In this document: positions 12,791 through 26,678 of the stretch, piece by piece
Numbering within the stretch: the stretch's first letter is position 1
How the letters are laid out: each line of letters opens with the position of its first letter
Assembly: GCA_051294375.1 (NCBI GenBank)
Contig: CM119263.1
Coordinates: 9,230,432-9,294,431 of the forward strand
From: Paraspadella gotoi
Lineage: Eukaryota > Animalia > Chaetognatha
Direction of reading: 5' to 3'
DNA length: 64,000 bases
The notes under the pieces: model-generated
What the model was told of the DNA's origin: nothing
Database searches by the model: none
The model's input: the letters and a program-made list of their open reading frames with translations, nothing else
Position numbers and translations under genes: made by a program

Positions 12791-15700
12791 CTTCCTGCCC
12801 TCGTCCTCAAGAAAGTATCGTTCGCAGCAGATGCGATAATTTTGAGGCGAAATAGGGGGGGGGGGGGTGAGGAAAGGTATGTTGATCTGAAGGTATGATG
12901 AAAGGCGTTGCCTCGTGGCTTTTAATGACGAGAACTGTTTTAAATTACAAGTGGCGAAGGCCTAAGGAGTAGTAACCGAACAAATCAGCCAAAAAATAAG
13001 TATAGAGCAATCTGAGACCTAGACCGCAAGAACGTAAAAAAGAGAATAAAAAATCTGAGGTGTTCCGCAAGATAAACGGTCTTTAAAGGGCGCATTGATA
13101 CGCTAATTTAAAATTTGGGAATCAAGGGAAAACAATGTATTGATAAGATGAATTAAATATTTACGTTTAAAAAAAAAACTAAGTAAATAGAATTATCTGT
13201 TATGGATTAAAGTAGAAATTATCAATGAAGATAATGAACGAATGAACGGAGAATGAAACGAATGAACGAATGAATAATGAATGACCAAGATAGAATTGCA
13301 ATGAATGAACGGAATGAATAGAATGAATACTATGATGAATGAGTTACTCGAATGACCTGATAGGGTTTGAATGAAATGAATGAGCGACCAATGTTTAGAA
13401 AAAATTAATTTAAAAATTGATTCTGGGTTGAGCTAAGAAATGAAACGAAAGAAGCTGATACGGGCGTCCTCGCAAAATCTAATTTAAAAAGATTCCCTCG
13501 GCATCACTTCTTTTTTTCAAAACCTTCCTCACTATGAAGTCTGCAAATCGCGGAGGTGTGACAAGAACTGTATAACAAATGAGACAACGTATCCCTATTC
13601 GGAAGTGCCTCGGAGTCGAAAGAAAGAAATTGGCGTACCAAAAAAGACTCGAGTCCCTAGAATTCACAGCCTGCGCTGGGCACACTACTATGAGCAGTTT
13701 TGGGAATGGTAAACTTTTCTACACCGCAGGGTATCTGCTAAGTGTCGAACAACCGACTTCGGTTGGGCGGCCCGAGAAAATGTACAGGTCAATGCAAGGG
13801 TGGTCGGTGGCTTTATAACTGGTTCCGGCCGGTTGTACCGAGTTTGAGACCGTGAGCGGGCGGCGAAGATGGTCGCACACTTTCTTGTCTGGGCTGACGC
13901 TGCTCGGTGCCCCGGTCGGAATGGATGAGTTTAAAGCCTGGCTCTCTGGATTTTTTCAGGACGGGAGGCACTTTGGGCGCGAACGTCGTCGGTAAATAAA
14001 TTAATAATTATAATATAGAGATTGTTAATATTTTTATATTGGAACTTTGGTATAACCACCAATTTTCCTAGTATTAGCGAAAGAAGAAGGCAGGGTTTTC
14101 GACATAGACACACAAATACAATAATAACGAGCAAGAGGCTTACATTTTTAATCAGATGAATTTATACATAATAACGCAGCTCCATCTTTTTTACAGCAAC
14201 TACCAACCTCCAAAATTGCTCCCGCTTACTGTACCCTGCGATGACTTGGTGCACTCAGTTGGTGGCAATTAAACATCACATTTGCATAGTAAAGATAGAG
14301 TAAACTTCAAGACAGTGTTTCCTCTTCAGGAGAGATCACAGGGAAAGAGCTAAAGTAATAAAGCACATAATAATGGCAGATTATTCGTAAAAAAAGAAAA
14401 GAACGCAAAAAATAGGTTGGGGTAAATATGTTGTTTTATCTTAAGAAGAGAGTTTTGGTTTAGGGATCGTCTGCATGGAAAAAAATAAATTTTAAAGACT
14501 CAGTAACTGACTGAAAAAGTTAAAAATAAAAGAATATAAAAAACAGTTGTTTTCAATGTTCCGAATTGATTTTTTTTATATTTTAACCGGGCCAACTCAA
14601 AGGATGGTCATTGAGAAGACCGGCTAGCGTCAGGCTAGGTTATTTTCTTTTTTCTCTGGCTTTAATTAAATCTGCTGAGAATAGTTACGCGAGCGATAAA
14701 TCAGAGAACTGTGCTGAAGGAAAAAATTATCAGCCTTACAAACTAAACCATCTGAGCGCTTTGGAGTCGGAGAGAGAATTATGATAGTTAGAATCCGAAA
14801 TTATCCCTTAATATTTTTACGAGTTGCAAAAGAAACCCCAAAACTTACATTTTAAAAATTTCAGACCCAAATAGTTAAAGACCTATTCGCTATTCCTTTA
14901 AGTTAGAGCTTGTATTAGACAGAGCTATTATAACACATTCTTTTGTATATTAGTGTCAAACAGTTTTTTGGGGACTATTATCGAATATTTTAAATATTGG
15001 AGAAGTCGGTAAGAGGAGAAAAAACAGGAGTTTTAGAAAAATCCAAACCAGATCTAACAGACCACAAAAAAAATTATTTTCCAGAGGTCTCACATTCCCG
15101 CCCCACTGAAATCTCCGTTCTCATGAATCTCTCTCGTCCCCACACACGCGCGGGTCAAGACAATGTTAACAAAGACAATGAGCCAAGAAAAGAAATGTAT
15201 CGTCGCTAACTTCCCTCGCCCCCACCCCGCCCGCGAGGGGGTGGTTATTTTTTTAATTGGCGAAACGCCCCCGCGCGCGCCTCGCTCAGCTCCCTGGGCT
15301 TCTTGGAAACGCTCACCGCCACTCCTGCCGGGCGCCGTCGTAACAAGCCAGAAAATCCTCAAGAGACGTGGTCAATAGACCGCTCCCGCCTTTCCGCTCA
15401 CCCCGCCGCCTATGGCCCAGCCAACAGTCCAGTCCTTAGGTCGGTTGGCTAACCACTCGAGCAAGATGAGGATTGAGAACCGTGTGTATGCTCTAAAAGA
15501 AAAAAATCCGAACCACAAAGACGATCCCAGAAGAGGCCGCCCCCCCCCCGTCAGAACATATCTCATAATATCATGATAGCCTCTTGAATTTTATCGACTC
15601 GATCAGAAATACAATTAACTGCAGATCCAGTGTGTATATCACGCCAAAAAGATAACAAACGGACGGGGACAAAAGTTCGAAACTCTCATTCAATCTGGAA

Positions 15701-16090
15701 CAGCCAGGTTAAATGTGATGAAGAATAATAGGGACGCCACAAACCGTATTGATTCTCGAGTTACCGAGTTAACCGGTGAGAGAGTTAGTGACTAGCGTAT
15801 ACAGCCCATTGGTCCCACACACTCTAGCCATACCAAAAAGTTAGCGAGCTAATGGGCGAGAGCACCTCGGGTCACAACGCCATAAGTACCAGCCAAACTT
15901 AATCACATCCTAAAAATCCAACATCGCTGAGTCGGACATCTGAGATCAGCCTGTAGTCTTTCGTCCATAACGAGGGAATCCAGTCAATTCACAAACCTTG
16001 AAGAATACCTATTGTAAAAAGATTCAACATACAACAGTTTAAAAAAAAAAGAAATGGTCGGTTTCTCTCGGTCGCTATATAACAACGACC
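12770..16090 (+). other. Insertion-rich duplicate of 7060-8830 interleaved with Gypsy sequence; probable gap-filling consensus artefact
   Basis: Collinear matches, e.g. AAGAAAGTATCGTTCGC (7088/12809), GAAGATGGTCGCACACTT (7769/13865) and CCCCAAAACTTACATTTTAAAA (8403/14836). The copy is nearly twice as long as the source and follows a 25-N gap. Confidence 0.85.
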
Positions 16091-16279
16091 AAACTACACT
16101 AATTAATCTTTACTAAAAAAGAGAGGATACCCCTAGTACGGGGGACTCTTTACGCCATAACGTAACAACCCCCCCACCTATAACACATAAAATATACAGT
16201 CTTGAGAAACCACGCAGAGACAATTCATCCCGAATTAACCCAGTCCCGCATTTAAAACACATAGAATAATAACCAGAAA

Positions 16280-17660
16280 TACAACGGCACCCAAGACGCT
16301 CAATGAGCCGCCTTGCTGATAGCGGTGAAAGTCAATCAAAACAAACACCAGATTCGCCTCGAGGACGTTGGAAAGAGGCCAGTCATAAAGCTTCATGAGC
16401 AACGCTTCGAAGGATCAACTTTGAGCAAATAGGCCACACAGAACAAGCCTTGGACGCCAGATTTTCAGAGATTTTCGGCCCCCCCGCAAGACGCGAAGAT
16501 CCGGCCTCAGCTTTCGAAAGATCCAAAGTCGGCAACGAACAACTCTTAAGCCGATATATCAATGGAAACCAGCCCGCTTCGTTCCAGCGGCTGGCGACGG
16601 CAAAATCTTCGATTTATCATCACGAACCTCGGACATCCGGAGCGTCGACGCAACGCGAAAAGCGATTAGCACCAAATGTCTGGAATACATGACCGCAAGA
16701 GGTCACTAAATGGGCCAGAGAATGCACAGATGCCAGAGAGCAAAAGTTACTAAGACATGTTATTCCTGAAATCGAGAGTTCAAGGTCCCGCCCAAAAGAA
16801 ATTTCAACACGTTAATCTAATTTAGTTAACGCAGAAATTTAAACATCTACTTACAATCGTAGACCCGATTTTCCCGCTGGCCGACCAGCGATCCCGTTAG
16901 AAAATACACCTAACGACCACATGTTATGAACGCATTAAGCCAAAATTGGAATTTGCATTTTCGGCGATAAAGCAGTAACTCAACCGGTCGTGGACACAGT
17001 TTACTCCAGCTCATGGAAAACAGTTAAAAAAGCAATTGGGGAATAAAACATTCCTATGAACAACCGCCTACCACCTCAGAAATGGATTTGTAAAGAGAGA
17101 TTTCATAGGCATTGAAAGAATCGTTTTAAGGGCACTCGCAAGAGCAAGAAACACGGACTGGTATTGGAGAATTGCCCTGCCCTCCCCTCGCCATCAGGAC
17201 GACAATTAACAGAAGACATCGGCGCCTCAGCTGCCGACCTATCTCGGGAGGCATCACGTCCATACAGGAATACCAAAACGGACGACGCCGACTTACAACG
17301 CAGCTGCAAAATCAACTTCGAATCTCCGCGTAGAAGTCGCTCGGACCTACAACCCAACCGAGACCTCTGTCTCACACCCGACCAGCCGTTCATCTTCCAA
17401 GCCAATCTCCAATCAGCCCATTCGCTTCGTAGGCGCGCAGGAATAAAACCCACCGTTAGTACCAATCCTTACGAAGGACCTTTTCGGATATCAGAAGGAA
17501 TGGACTTAACATGACCATCAGAAATCCCCTAGCGTCGGAAGGGAAGACGGTGCATAGCACGCTCCGAAACCGGCATGGATTCGGAGAAGAAGGTAGACGG
17601 ATAACGAGCCAGTGACACGCCCTCGCCGCCAACCAGGTCGCCCACCAGGGCTTCGAACTA
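16280..17660 (+). mobile_element. Ty3/Gypsy integrase remnant (HHCC, core and GPY/F; indel-riddled)
   Basis: Frameshift-tolerant reading gives a DALSR-like segment, GHPG, KWAREC..CQRAKV.RH, KHLLTIVDRFSRWP.AIPL, TTAYHPQ.NG.V.RFHR, EDIGASAADL and PYEGPFRI. Confidence 0.8.
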
Positions 17661-18496
17661 AACCCGGCGCAACAACCGATTAACGAGATCACTAGCCGGC
17701 GAGCCGCTCCTCCTCCTCTCCTCCTCCTCCTCCTCTCTTCCCTCCTTTTCCCCACCCCCAAAACCCCATCGTCTCCCAGACCCACCTACTACACCTTTAC
17801 TTTTTTGTCGACGTCTTCCTCTTCTCCCGGACCTTTCTCCGCTCGAACGTCACAATCTCACAAATAACAAACACTACAACAAATAGGAACAAAACAGCCA
17901 ACCGTGGAGATTTTTCCCCGACGACGCCGGGGAACCCTCGAATCGAAGACTAAGACAAATAAACAAAGAACAAAAGAAGAACGAAACAATGACATCCACC
18001 AATGTAAACAATAACAACAACAACAACAACAAAAACAATCGTCCTAAAAACTCTAAAACAGGTCCGTTCTCAAAGAGATGTTCCAGCCAACAAAGCGAAA
18101 ATGACCAACAACAAAAACAGCCGAAAGCCCCGGTGCCTTACGCGCCGACAGCCCGAGTTGACGATCCATCTTCGACTGTTCAGCTCATATATTATCCCTA
18201 TTATTGTAAAATTTTAATTTATTTTTTTGAAATTTCGAGAAGAAGTTCTGAACGAATGTTTTAATTTTCGGAGTCAGTCTAATATTAATTCATTGGATTT
18301 TGGCATATTGATTCCATTGTATTTTAATTTTAATAATACCCATATATTTTCATTAATTTTATACACACACCAAACAAATCACCGGTGAACGACAACATTT
18401 ATCAGAAATTATTTTTGTGTAAGTTACCCTATATATTTCGACAGGGGGCATGCAGCCACCTTCGAGCAGACTAATTTAAAATTAGAAATAAACTCA

Positions 18497-18570
18497 ATAC
18501 GCTCCGGGATTCGAACCGGGCTCGAGTTTCTGGACGCGTCGATCACCGATCTACAGCCATCCAGAGGCCA
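18497..18570 (-). mobile_element. Degenerate tRNA-like/SINE head
   Basis: Minus strand has TGGCTGTAGATCGG (A-box-like) and GGTTCGAATCCC (B box), but no intact cloverleaf. It lies in a low-quality region. Confidence 0.35.
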
Positions 18571-19063
18571 CAAACTCAGAGCTCAATTTCCAATCATTTT
18601 AAAGGCTTTAACAAAACAGAGACTTTGTTTTCGAATTAAACAAAGACGTTCACCAGTAGATGTCTCAATTATTTGACATTTTTGTTTTACTTGATTGCCT
18701 TCTTTACTGATTGTTATCTGAAGTGATTTCAGACTTGTTTTTGAACCACAAACATGATAACATCTTACAATTTTCATTGTTTTATCTATTCTACCAATGT
18801 AGTAATACATTGCAAATGAAAGAAAACTTTTATCCGCTGTGAATAATTCTTTGTTTATAAACAATTCGACATCAATTCATAAATCAATTCAAGTCAATTA
18901 ATCAAATCTGAATTAACTTGCACCTTCCCTGCGATGCAAGAGACTCTCCGTCACTAACGCCCATCTTGGACTGCAGCGTTGCAGTTGCACAAGTCGGTCA
19001 GTCGTGCCTCTTCAATCTCAGCGCCCTCTTACACCTGCCACACATATCTCTCCTCTCTTCCTA

Positions 19064-19112
<49 letters not shown>

Positions 19113-20425
19113 TATCTCTCCCTCTCATCTTCCCCATTCGTAATTTTTTCAACAAATGAGAGAGAGAGAGAGAGAGAGAGAGATATGAAGGAAAAGACAG
19201 TTTATTTAGTAAAATGAAAAGCATCTTCTGAGAACCCAATCGCATGAAGGAAGTGGGAAGGTATAAATAGGGTCACTAAAACGGCAGNNNNNNNNNNNNN
19301 NNNNNNNNNNNNNNNNNNNNNNNNNNNNNNNNNNNNNNNNNNNNNNNNNNNNNNNNNNNNNNNNNNNNNNNNNNNNNNNNNNNNNNNNNNNNNNNNNNNN
19401 NNNNNNNNNNNNNNNNNNNNNNNNNNNNNNNNNNNNNNNNNNNNNNNNNNNNNNNNNNNNNNNNNNNNNNNNNNNNNNNNNNNNNNNNNNNNNNGGGGGG
19501 GGGAGTTATAAGTGGGTCACGAGAGGAAAGTGGAGATTCAAAAAAGGAATCTTTGAACGAAAGAAAAGTTAAGCTTTAACAAAAGTGTATTCACTATGAA
19601 AATCTTTAAACGGAAATCGAATTAATTGAGTTAGAACTTAGTGAAAAGTACCAAAATCTGAATAAAGGTGAGTAAATGAAACGGTTAAAAAATAGAATGA
19701 ATACAGTTGGTGCGTAGTAACGAAAAGGGAATTAAATATTGAAGAGAAAGAAAACTCAAAAACTAAAACTAAAAAAATTGGTTGTCGAACGATAAATTAA
19801 TAATAGAGAGTGAGATGATCTTATTTACTTAACGAACTAAACGAAGAAGTAACTATGAAAGCGTCGGTTTTGATGATGGCAAAAAAAAAAAATCGTCGAG
19901 CCTTAAATGAAGTGAAAGAGGTTGAGAACGTCGTCATCGTCGTCGTCATCGTCGTCGTGGTTGATGTCGTCGTCGTCGTCGTCCAAGTCATCATTGGCTT
20001 TTATTGTATGCGTAACGAGTCGAGAGTTGGTCAGCCAACCAACCATTAAGGTGGAGGAGGGGGAGGATCTATTTTCGGGTCTTTGCCGCAAACTGCCGCA
20101 GCCGCCGCTGCTCTCTTTTTCTTTCCTTTCTTCTATTTTCTCCTTCTTCCTTTACTTCTTCTTCGTCATCTCCTTCTTCTTTTTCTTCTTCTCCTTCTTC
20201 CCCCTGCACCGCCGCCGCCGCCGCCGCTGCCGTCGCTGTAATTGAGGCTTGAGCGAAAGCCGCAGCAAAAAGTGCCAAAAGGATGGATGAAGAAGCTTTG
20301 AGAGAGGGCAGTGGTTAATAGTTTATTGAAATGACTTACGCGGGCGGAATGATGCAAAGGCGGACCCGCTGCTTAGGAGGGGGAGGAGGAGAGGGTGGAG
20401 AGAGGGTGATTGGGGGGGATAGAGA

Positions 20426-20470
<45 letters not shown>

Positions 20471-20587
20471 CGAGAGAGAGAGAGGATATAAAATCAGATT
20501 GAAGCTAAAAAAGAATTTTTTGATGCTACGAGAGAGAATAATGGCTCCCCATCATTTTCGATTTTACGCGTTCCCTTCCGCCCTCCC

Positions 20588-20654
<67 letters not shown>

Positions 20655-20980
20655 TCTCTCTCTCTCTCCTCTCTTCCATCTCTTTTCTCTTCAACTCACG
20701 TCTACAAAATTCTTCTGTCATATTCCTCGATTTTGTTCGCCCATGATTTATGACAAAAAGATTGGCGTCGACCTGAAGACGTCACTCGCGCGCCACCGAC
20801 GCCGCTAACTTGCCTCCCCAACTCTGCCGCCGCCGCCGCCGCCGCCGTCGCCGCCGCCGCTACCGCAGCCGCCGCAAACGTTCTCAATTCATTTCGCCGC
20901 AAAACGCCTGGACTCAAGCGCGAAGCCAATGAGCTGAGATCAAATTGAGGCGCACGCGCAAATCCCTAGTCATCGTCAAA

Positions 20981-20981
<1 letters not shown>

Positions 20982-21028
<47 letters not shown>

Positions 21029-21370
21029 GGCGTCGTTGTCGTCGTCGACATCGTCATCGCATCATTATTGTCGTCTTTTGTTATCGAAATGAACTTTTTA
21101 TCACCATCGAAATGAAAGTGGTTCGGTTTTTATTGTCGTCATTGTCAACATTATCGTTAACTTTTAACCACGACGAATAAAAATTTGGTTATTGTCGTCA
21201 TCGTCATCATTATAATCATCATCATCATTATCATCGTCGTCGTCGTCATCACCATCATCATAATCATCGTCCTCATCATTATCATTATCATCCTAATCAT
21301 CGTCGTCGTCGTAATTATCATCATTATCATCATCATCATCATCATCATCATCATCTCTATCATCATCGTC
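20982..21370. repeat. (ATC)n/(GTC)n compound microsatellite region
   Basis: Directly visible; source of the poly-Ile/poly-Met ORFs. Confidence 0.9.
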
Positions 21371-21695
21371 ATCTCCCTTAATTGCGAAATAAAATGTTTG
21401 GTCAATTCCTTCGTCATTCGAAGGGGGGGGGTCGCGACGGCGGTTGGCGACCGGCGGGGGGTGTAGAAGCGGGAACGGGGAGGAAGGCATGAGGGGAAGT
21501 GGAAGGGTAAAGTGACGGCGGGTGCGAGTCAACGAAGGATCGATTCGAAAAACCGTAAAGCCTCGATTAAGACCCAAAAAATCCCCCCCCCAAATCAGGA
21601 ACGAATATCAATTTCGCGTTAAGGATTCTGTCGACGAAACTCCGTCGACGGCGAAGACTCGATTGCCTCATTTCGACGCTCGCCTTTTCCTCCGT

Positions 21696-21950
21696 TGTGG
21701 CGGTATATTCACACCGCCTCACGTCCACCATCCTACAGCAAAATCCATTGGCTCAGAGGGGGAACACACCATCCCAGGCGTAGTGTTCTATCCACAGTCC
21801 TAACGACTTCCCTCTGCGTTGGCAAAGCGAGACCGTCCTAGGGTAACCGCGCCAGTGACTGGAGGCGTCACTGAGGGTCGGAAGCCCCCAAAGCCAACAG
21901 TGAGATGCCCCATCCCAATGGGCATCGCAGGCAACCCGGCTGTTGCCATA
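21696..21950. mobile_element. 255-bp structured interspersed element, copy 1 (solo-LTR- or MITE-like; TGTGGC...GCCATA ends; 4-bp TSD CCGT)
   Basis: Near-identical to the reverse complement of 61329-61569. CCGT flanks both sides (21692-21695 and 21951-21954). Confidence 0.85.
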
Positions 21951-22624
21951 CCGTCGCCGTTTTTGTCCAAGGTTAAAATTTGCATCGCTGTTGTTATTTT
22001 GTGTCGCTGTTTTATTCCTCACAATTTCAAACGACAATCAATTTATCGTTGTTTTTCTTTTCGGTAAGGTTTCACTGTTTTTTTTTTTGACAAGGGACAC
22101 TCACGATTTTCTACAGTAAAAACTTCGGTTCCAGACGGCCGATCTTTTCTTTTAAAAAATGATTCTGATCGAATAACAAGTGACGAGGTTTTCGGCCGAA
22201 AGAAAGCCACGAGAAAGCGACTAGAACGGTGAAAAGATAAGGTCGGGTAAGGTCAACTTAAAGGAATAAAAAAGACAGACCCGACGCGAGGTAACAAAAT
22301 ATCTTTCAATTGGAACTTCGTGCGATCCAAAACTCTTCGAATTTCACACATAGGAATTTCTTTTTAAACTTTCTGCTTGTTTTCAATGTCTACTTCACCT
22401 TCTTGTTTTTCCTTCTCCCGATGTCATCCTTATTTGGTCATCCTTAACACCTTTATCCTTCCCTCTCTTTCCTCTCCTCCTTTTCTTTTTCTAGTATTAT
22501 TCTCTCTTCCTCCCCCCCTCTCCGCCGCATCCACCCATTTTAATGTCCTTCTCCCATTCTTCTTTTATCTCTCATCAATGGATCCACATCATCTTTGTTC
22601 TCTCACTCAGCATCGGCGACGACG

Positions 22625-22656
<32 letters not shown>

Positions 22657-22715
22657 TTGCGTTTCATTGTCCGCTCTGTTCGCGCCGCCGTTGGCGCCAC
22701 GAGCCACATCGGCCA

Positions 22716-22789
<74 letters not shown>

Positions 22790-23439
22790 CACAGAGCGAG
22801 AGACGGTTGTTTCCTGCTTAATCCCCGCCTCATCCGGAACATAATCCAAAAATTGGACGCGCGCCTCTGAGGCCAACATCCGGGGTTTCGTTTTGCAAGT
22901 GGGGCAGTGTGGGGGGGCGGGTAGGGAGTGGGGAGAAGATGAGAGAGGGGTTGTGACGAGGAAGAAAAGTCTTCAGTTATGGAAAATAGATATTAAATTT
23001 AAAGAGATATGAAAGAAGATTTGATTTAAAGAGGGAAAGCTAGCGATGCCTAGCGATGAGTCCCGCTGGTGATTGCTAAGTTAAGGATTCAGCTGGAAAG
23101 GGCATTCGTGAGTGGAGCGGTGAAAAATTGTGGAAAGTAGTTGAAAGCGAACGACTCGTGGTCATGATTCCGCCGCCGAACAATGAATTCCCCGCTTTCA
23201 TTTTCCTTTCTCGGGCAGAGTTTAAGTTTTTGGTTACATCCGGGGACCCCTCGTCGTTCGAATAAATTACATCCGGGTCGCGTGGAACCAGTGAAAGCAA
23301 TCGCATCCGGGGTCGGTGGCCAATTGGACCTTTGGACGGTGTCAAAGACCAGGAATTGGAAGATTGGAATCGCTTCCGCCCATTTGAGGATGTAAAGAGA
23401 AGGTGGATGAACTGGAAAAGACCCGCGAGAATCCAGGCG

Positions 23440-23556
<117 letters not shown>

Positions 23557-23968
23557 GGCAGGAGGGAGGGAGGAGATGTGAAATGGGAGAAGGAGTAAGA
23601 AGGGAGGACAAAAAAAAATGGAAGGAGAGGAGAAAGAGGAAGGAAAAATATGAGATTGGATTAGAGGAGAGACGGAAGAAGCGAAGGAAGATATAAAATG
23701 CGGAAGAAAATAGGAAAAATTAAATTACCGATCTAATTATCTATTATCCAATATCCATCCCGCTTTTTTTTCAAACTGTACGGAACAAAAATCCGCCCAT
23801 AGAAACTTTCATTACCCTAAATTTTAACCCCGGTTTCGCGCTATTTTAAACATAATGATTTCTCATTAAATTTTAAAATTTAATTTTACCGACGAAAGTA
23901 ACGCCCTCTTCGGCGGTTCTGTCGACGTCGCCCGACACTTTCTCGACCGACCGCTCGACCGACCGATC

Positions 23969-24863
23969 ATGTCTTGTACGTCCAAGATGAGATGCGAGTT
24001 CGGCGGGCGCCCGCTATTGCCCGGCTCCCGCGAATGGCTCAAGCATCGGGCCAAGCTCGACGGAGAGCGAGAACGGGTCGATGAAATGACCTACATGGTG
24101 GACTGCGATCCGCCCAAGGTCATGATGCCCTTCGAGATCGATCTGGCGAAGATGCGCGCCCACGAGAGTCGCAAGTTGAAGATCGAGATGGAGAACAAAT
24201 TCATGATCAACAACTTGTCGTGAGCTTTGGGGTGGAGCAATATTATAGTTTCTTGGTTTTTAGTTTCTACAACACATCGTCCCCCCCCCCAAATTTTTTG
24301 CTTCGCATCCCCGACGACAACGACGACCCTAGCAAGATTCACCAATCAAAAGGCGACGTGGAATCCGCTCACTCGCGAAACTGGAACTTCCGCTCTTCGC
24401 ATCAAACTAACGGGAAGATGGCGCTGAAGAAACACACCGGGGAAAACTTTCGTCTCGCCATGGATTTTCAGAGGTGAGTGTGAATGCATGCGTCGTGGCT
24501 AAGACGAATGCGATGCAAGGTACGCACGTAGGCACGATGGTTGTAACGATGGATCTCTAGCTTAGATGAATACAATAATTTCTTTATTAGGATTGAAAGC
24601 GATTACGACCACATCAATATGGCCATTAGTTGGATCAGCAACAGGAGCAACAAATACAGACTTGACAGGTTCGTATTTTGTCAATTATCGTTATTTGTCA
24701 CAAAAACCGATAAATGAACGGTACACAATTTATTTAATTATAACAAAACAATTGATAAACCAGGTACAAGCGTGACTTGTGGAAGCCGGTTTTCGAGAAA
24801 CAGAAGAGATACCAAGAGAACAGGGGAAGAGGCCTGGACCCTCATTACGTCTGGCACTTTTAA
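23969..24863 (+). CDS. CFAP97/KIAA1430 (Hemingway)-domain protein, CFAP97D-like, 3 exons, ~163 aa
   Basis: Exons 23969-24219 (GTGAGC donor), 24333-24473 (GTGAGT donor) and 24764-24863 join in frame. The translation ...KHRAKL...MVDCDPPK...RKLKIEMENKFMINNLSKIHQSKGDVES...ENFRLAMDFQR...W...FEKQKRYQEN follows the remembered family pattern (H..K...ID..PP, IE.EN..L...L..I...KG.VD, EN..L..R). Exon 3 is the least certain. Confidence 0.65.
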
Positions 24864-25988
24864 AGAGGCCTTTTCAGATTCTGCGTCGCTGGAACATTGA
24901 AATTGATGGCACTTTGGAAACGGCGTTGCTGCTACATCTAAACGGATTTGTCGTCAGACGTCGACGTAAGACACTAAAGTGGATGAACAAACTAGACACT
25001 TTGGACTTAGGGCGTCTATTTTTGACGGAGTTAGCCAATCTTAGAAATAATTTATATCGTAAGTTAGATAAATGCTGCAGCTGTTGAACGGTTGATTCCA
25101 GTAACCTTTATAGATTTGTCTTTATAAATACTCGAAAATCGTAATAGCATAATGATATTGATTTATGAAAAAAATTTTATAATGGAACGATAAACCAAAA
25201 TTATGGCCGTTTCAGAGTTTCAGCTGCAGCGTTTTTAGAAGTGTTTGTCTAATACACAATATAGTATACTAGAAAGTAGATTAGTCTGTGAAAGTTGTTC
25301 ATAATAAAACCGGTATGAGAATAAAAGTGATAAAATTGTTTTTCGTTTATTTTTTATTTCTTACTCGTAGCTTTTCCCTGTTTTCCTTCTGCTCTCGTAA
25401 CGTTATTCAACTTATTGTCCTTGTCGTCGACATTGTGCTTTTTCTTCCTCATTCATGACCGGCCTTGTCGGACTCCTAGCGGAAATTGGTCTTCTTCGTC
25501 TTCGTCGTCGTCGTCGTCTTCGTCGTCGTCGGCCTCGTCTCGCCAGCCGTCGTCCTTGTGATGGTCTTTTTTCCCCATCATCATCATCATCATCCATCTC
25601 TTCATAGTGGAAACATTTGGTCTCCATCTCCACGTTTACACTCGAGCGATCGCCAGAACGTCCGTGAAGAATTGGAGGTGGCTCATAATTTCGGCGAGAG
25701 TGAGAGTGAGAGGAAGAAGCAGAGGAGAGAGAGACTCTCATACACAAACAAAACATACAACAACAAAAAAAGTCAACGTTTTTGGAGAAAGACAGTTTAT
25801 GCAGTTAACTGGAAGAGAGTTTTGTCTATCGGTAGATATATGTTTATTGTATATTGTACAAGGCATGTAGGTTTTCTCATGTTTCATTGTCCTTTTCGTC
25901 ATTTTTCTTGAAAATCTAAGTAAATACTACGAGTTTACTACTTAAATTGGGAAAAATCTTTCTCCTTCACAATCCCGATGGGGAAAAG

Positions 25989-26107
<119 letters not shown>

Positions 26108-26588
26108 CAAGCCAAGGTCGTCATCAGAGATCATTGAGGAAATCACCTTGAGAAGATTGGGGTCACTCGACTTCGTTATTGGAAATATGATTCCCCACAA
26201 GTCGTAGAGTAAGGGCGGCGCCAACAGGGATATCAATATGGCTGGGAAATGGGGAGGAAAAAAAGGAGGAGGAGGAGGAGGAGAAGGAGAAGGAGGAGGA
26301 GGAGGAATGGAAAAGGGAAAAGAGAAGTTTGTGAGCCGGAAAATAGTAGTAGCGAAAATGATTCATTGCAGAAAGGTTTATTGCAGAGTAGACCCCGAGA
26401 CTACGTTTTCTTTTCAACGCGTTGGAAGTTAATAAGAAAGAAGAAAATGAATAAAAGTTTAAAAAAAAACTTATTAATAACGTTAACGTTATTAATACGG
26501 AAGGATACGGTGTAAATATTTTTATATCTATTATTGTTAGAGAGAAGAAAATGAAGAGAGATATAAAGAGAGAGAGCGAGAGAGAGAA

Positions 26589-26678
<90 letters not shown>

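Noticed and set aside
12770-16090. Genuine ancient segmental duplication
   Set aside because: Divergence is almost all insertions, lies between gaps and includes foreign Gypsy motifs, which fits a consensus artefact better.
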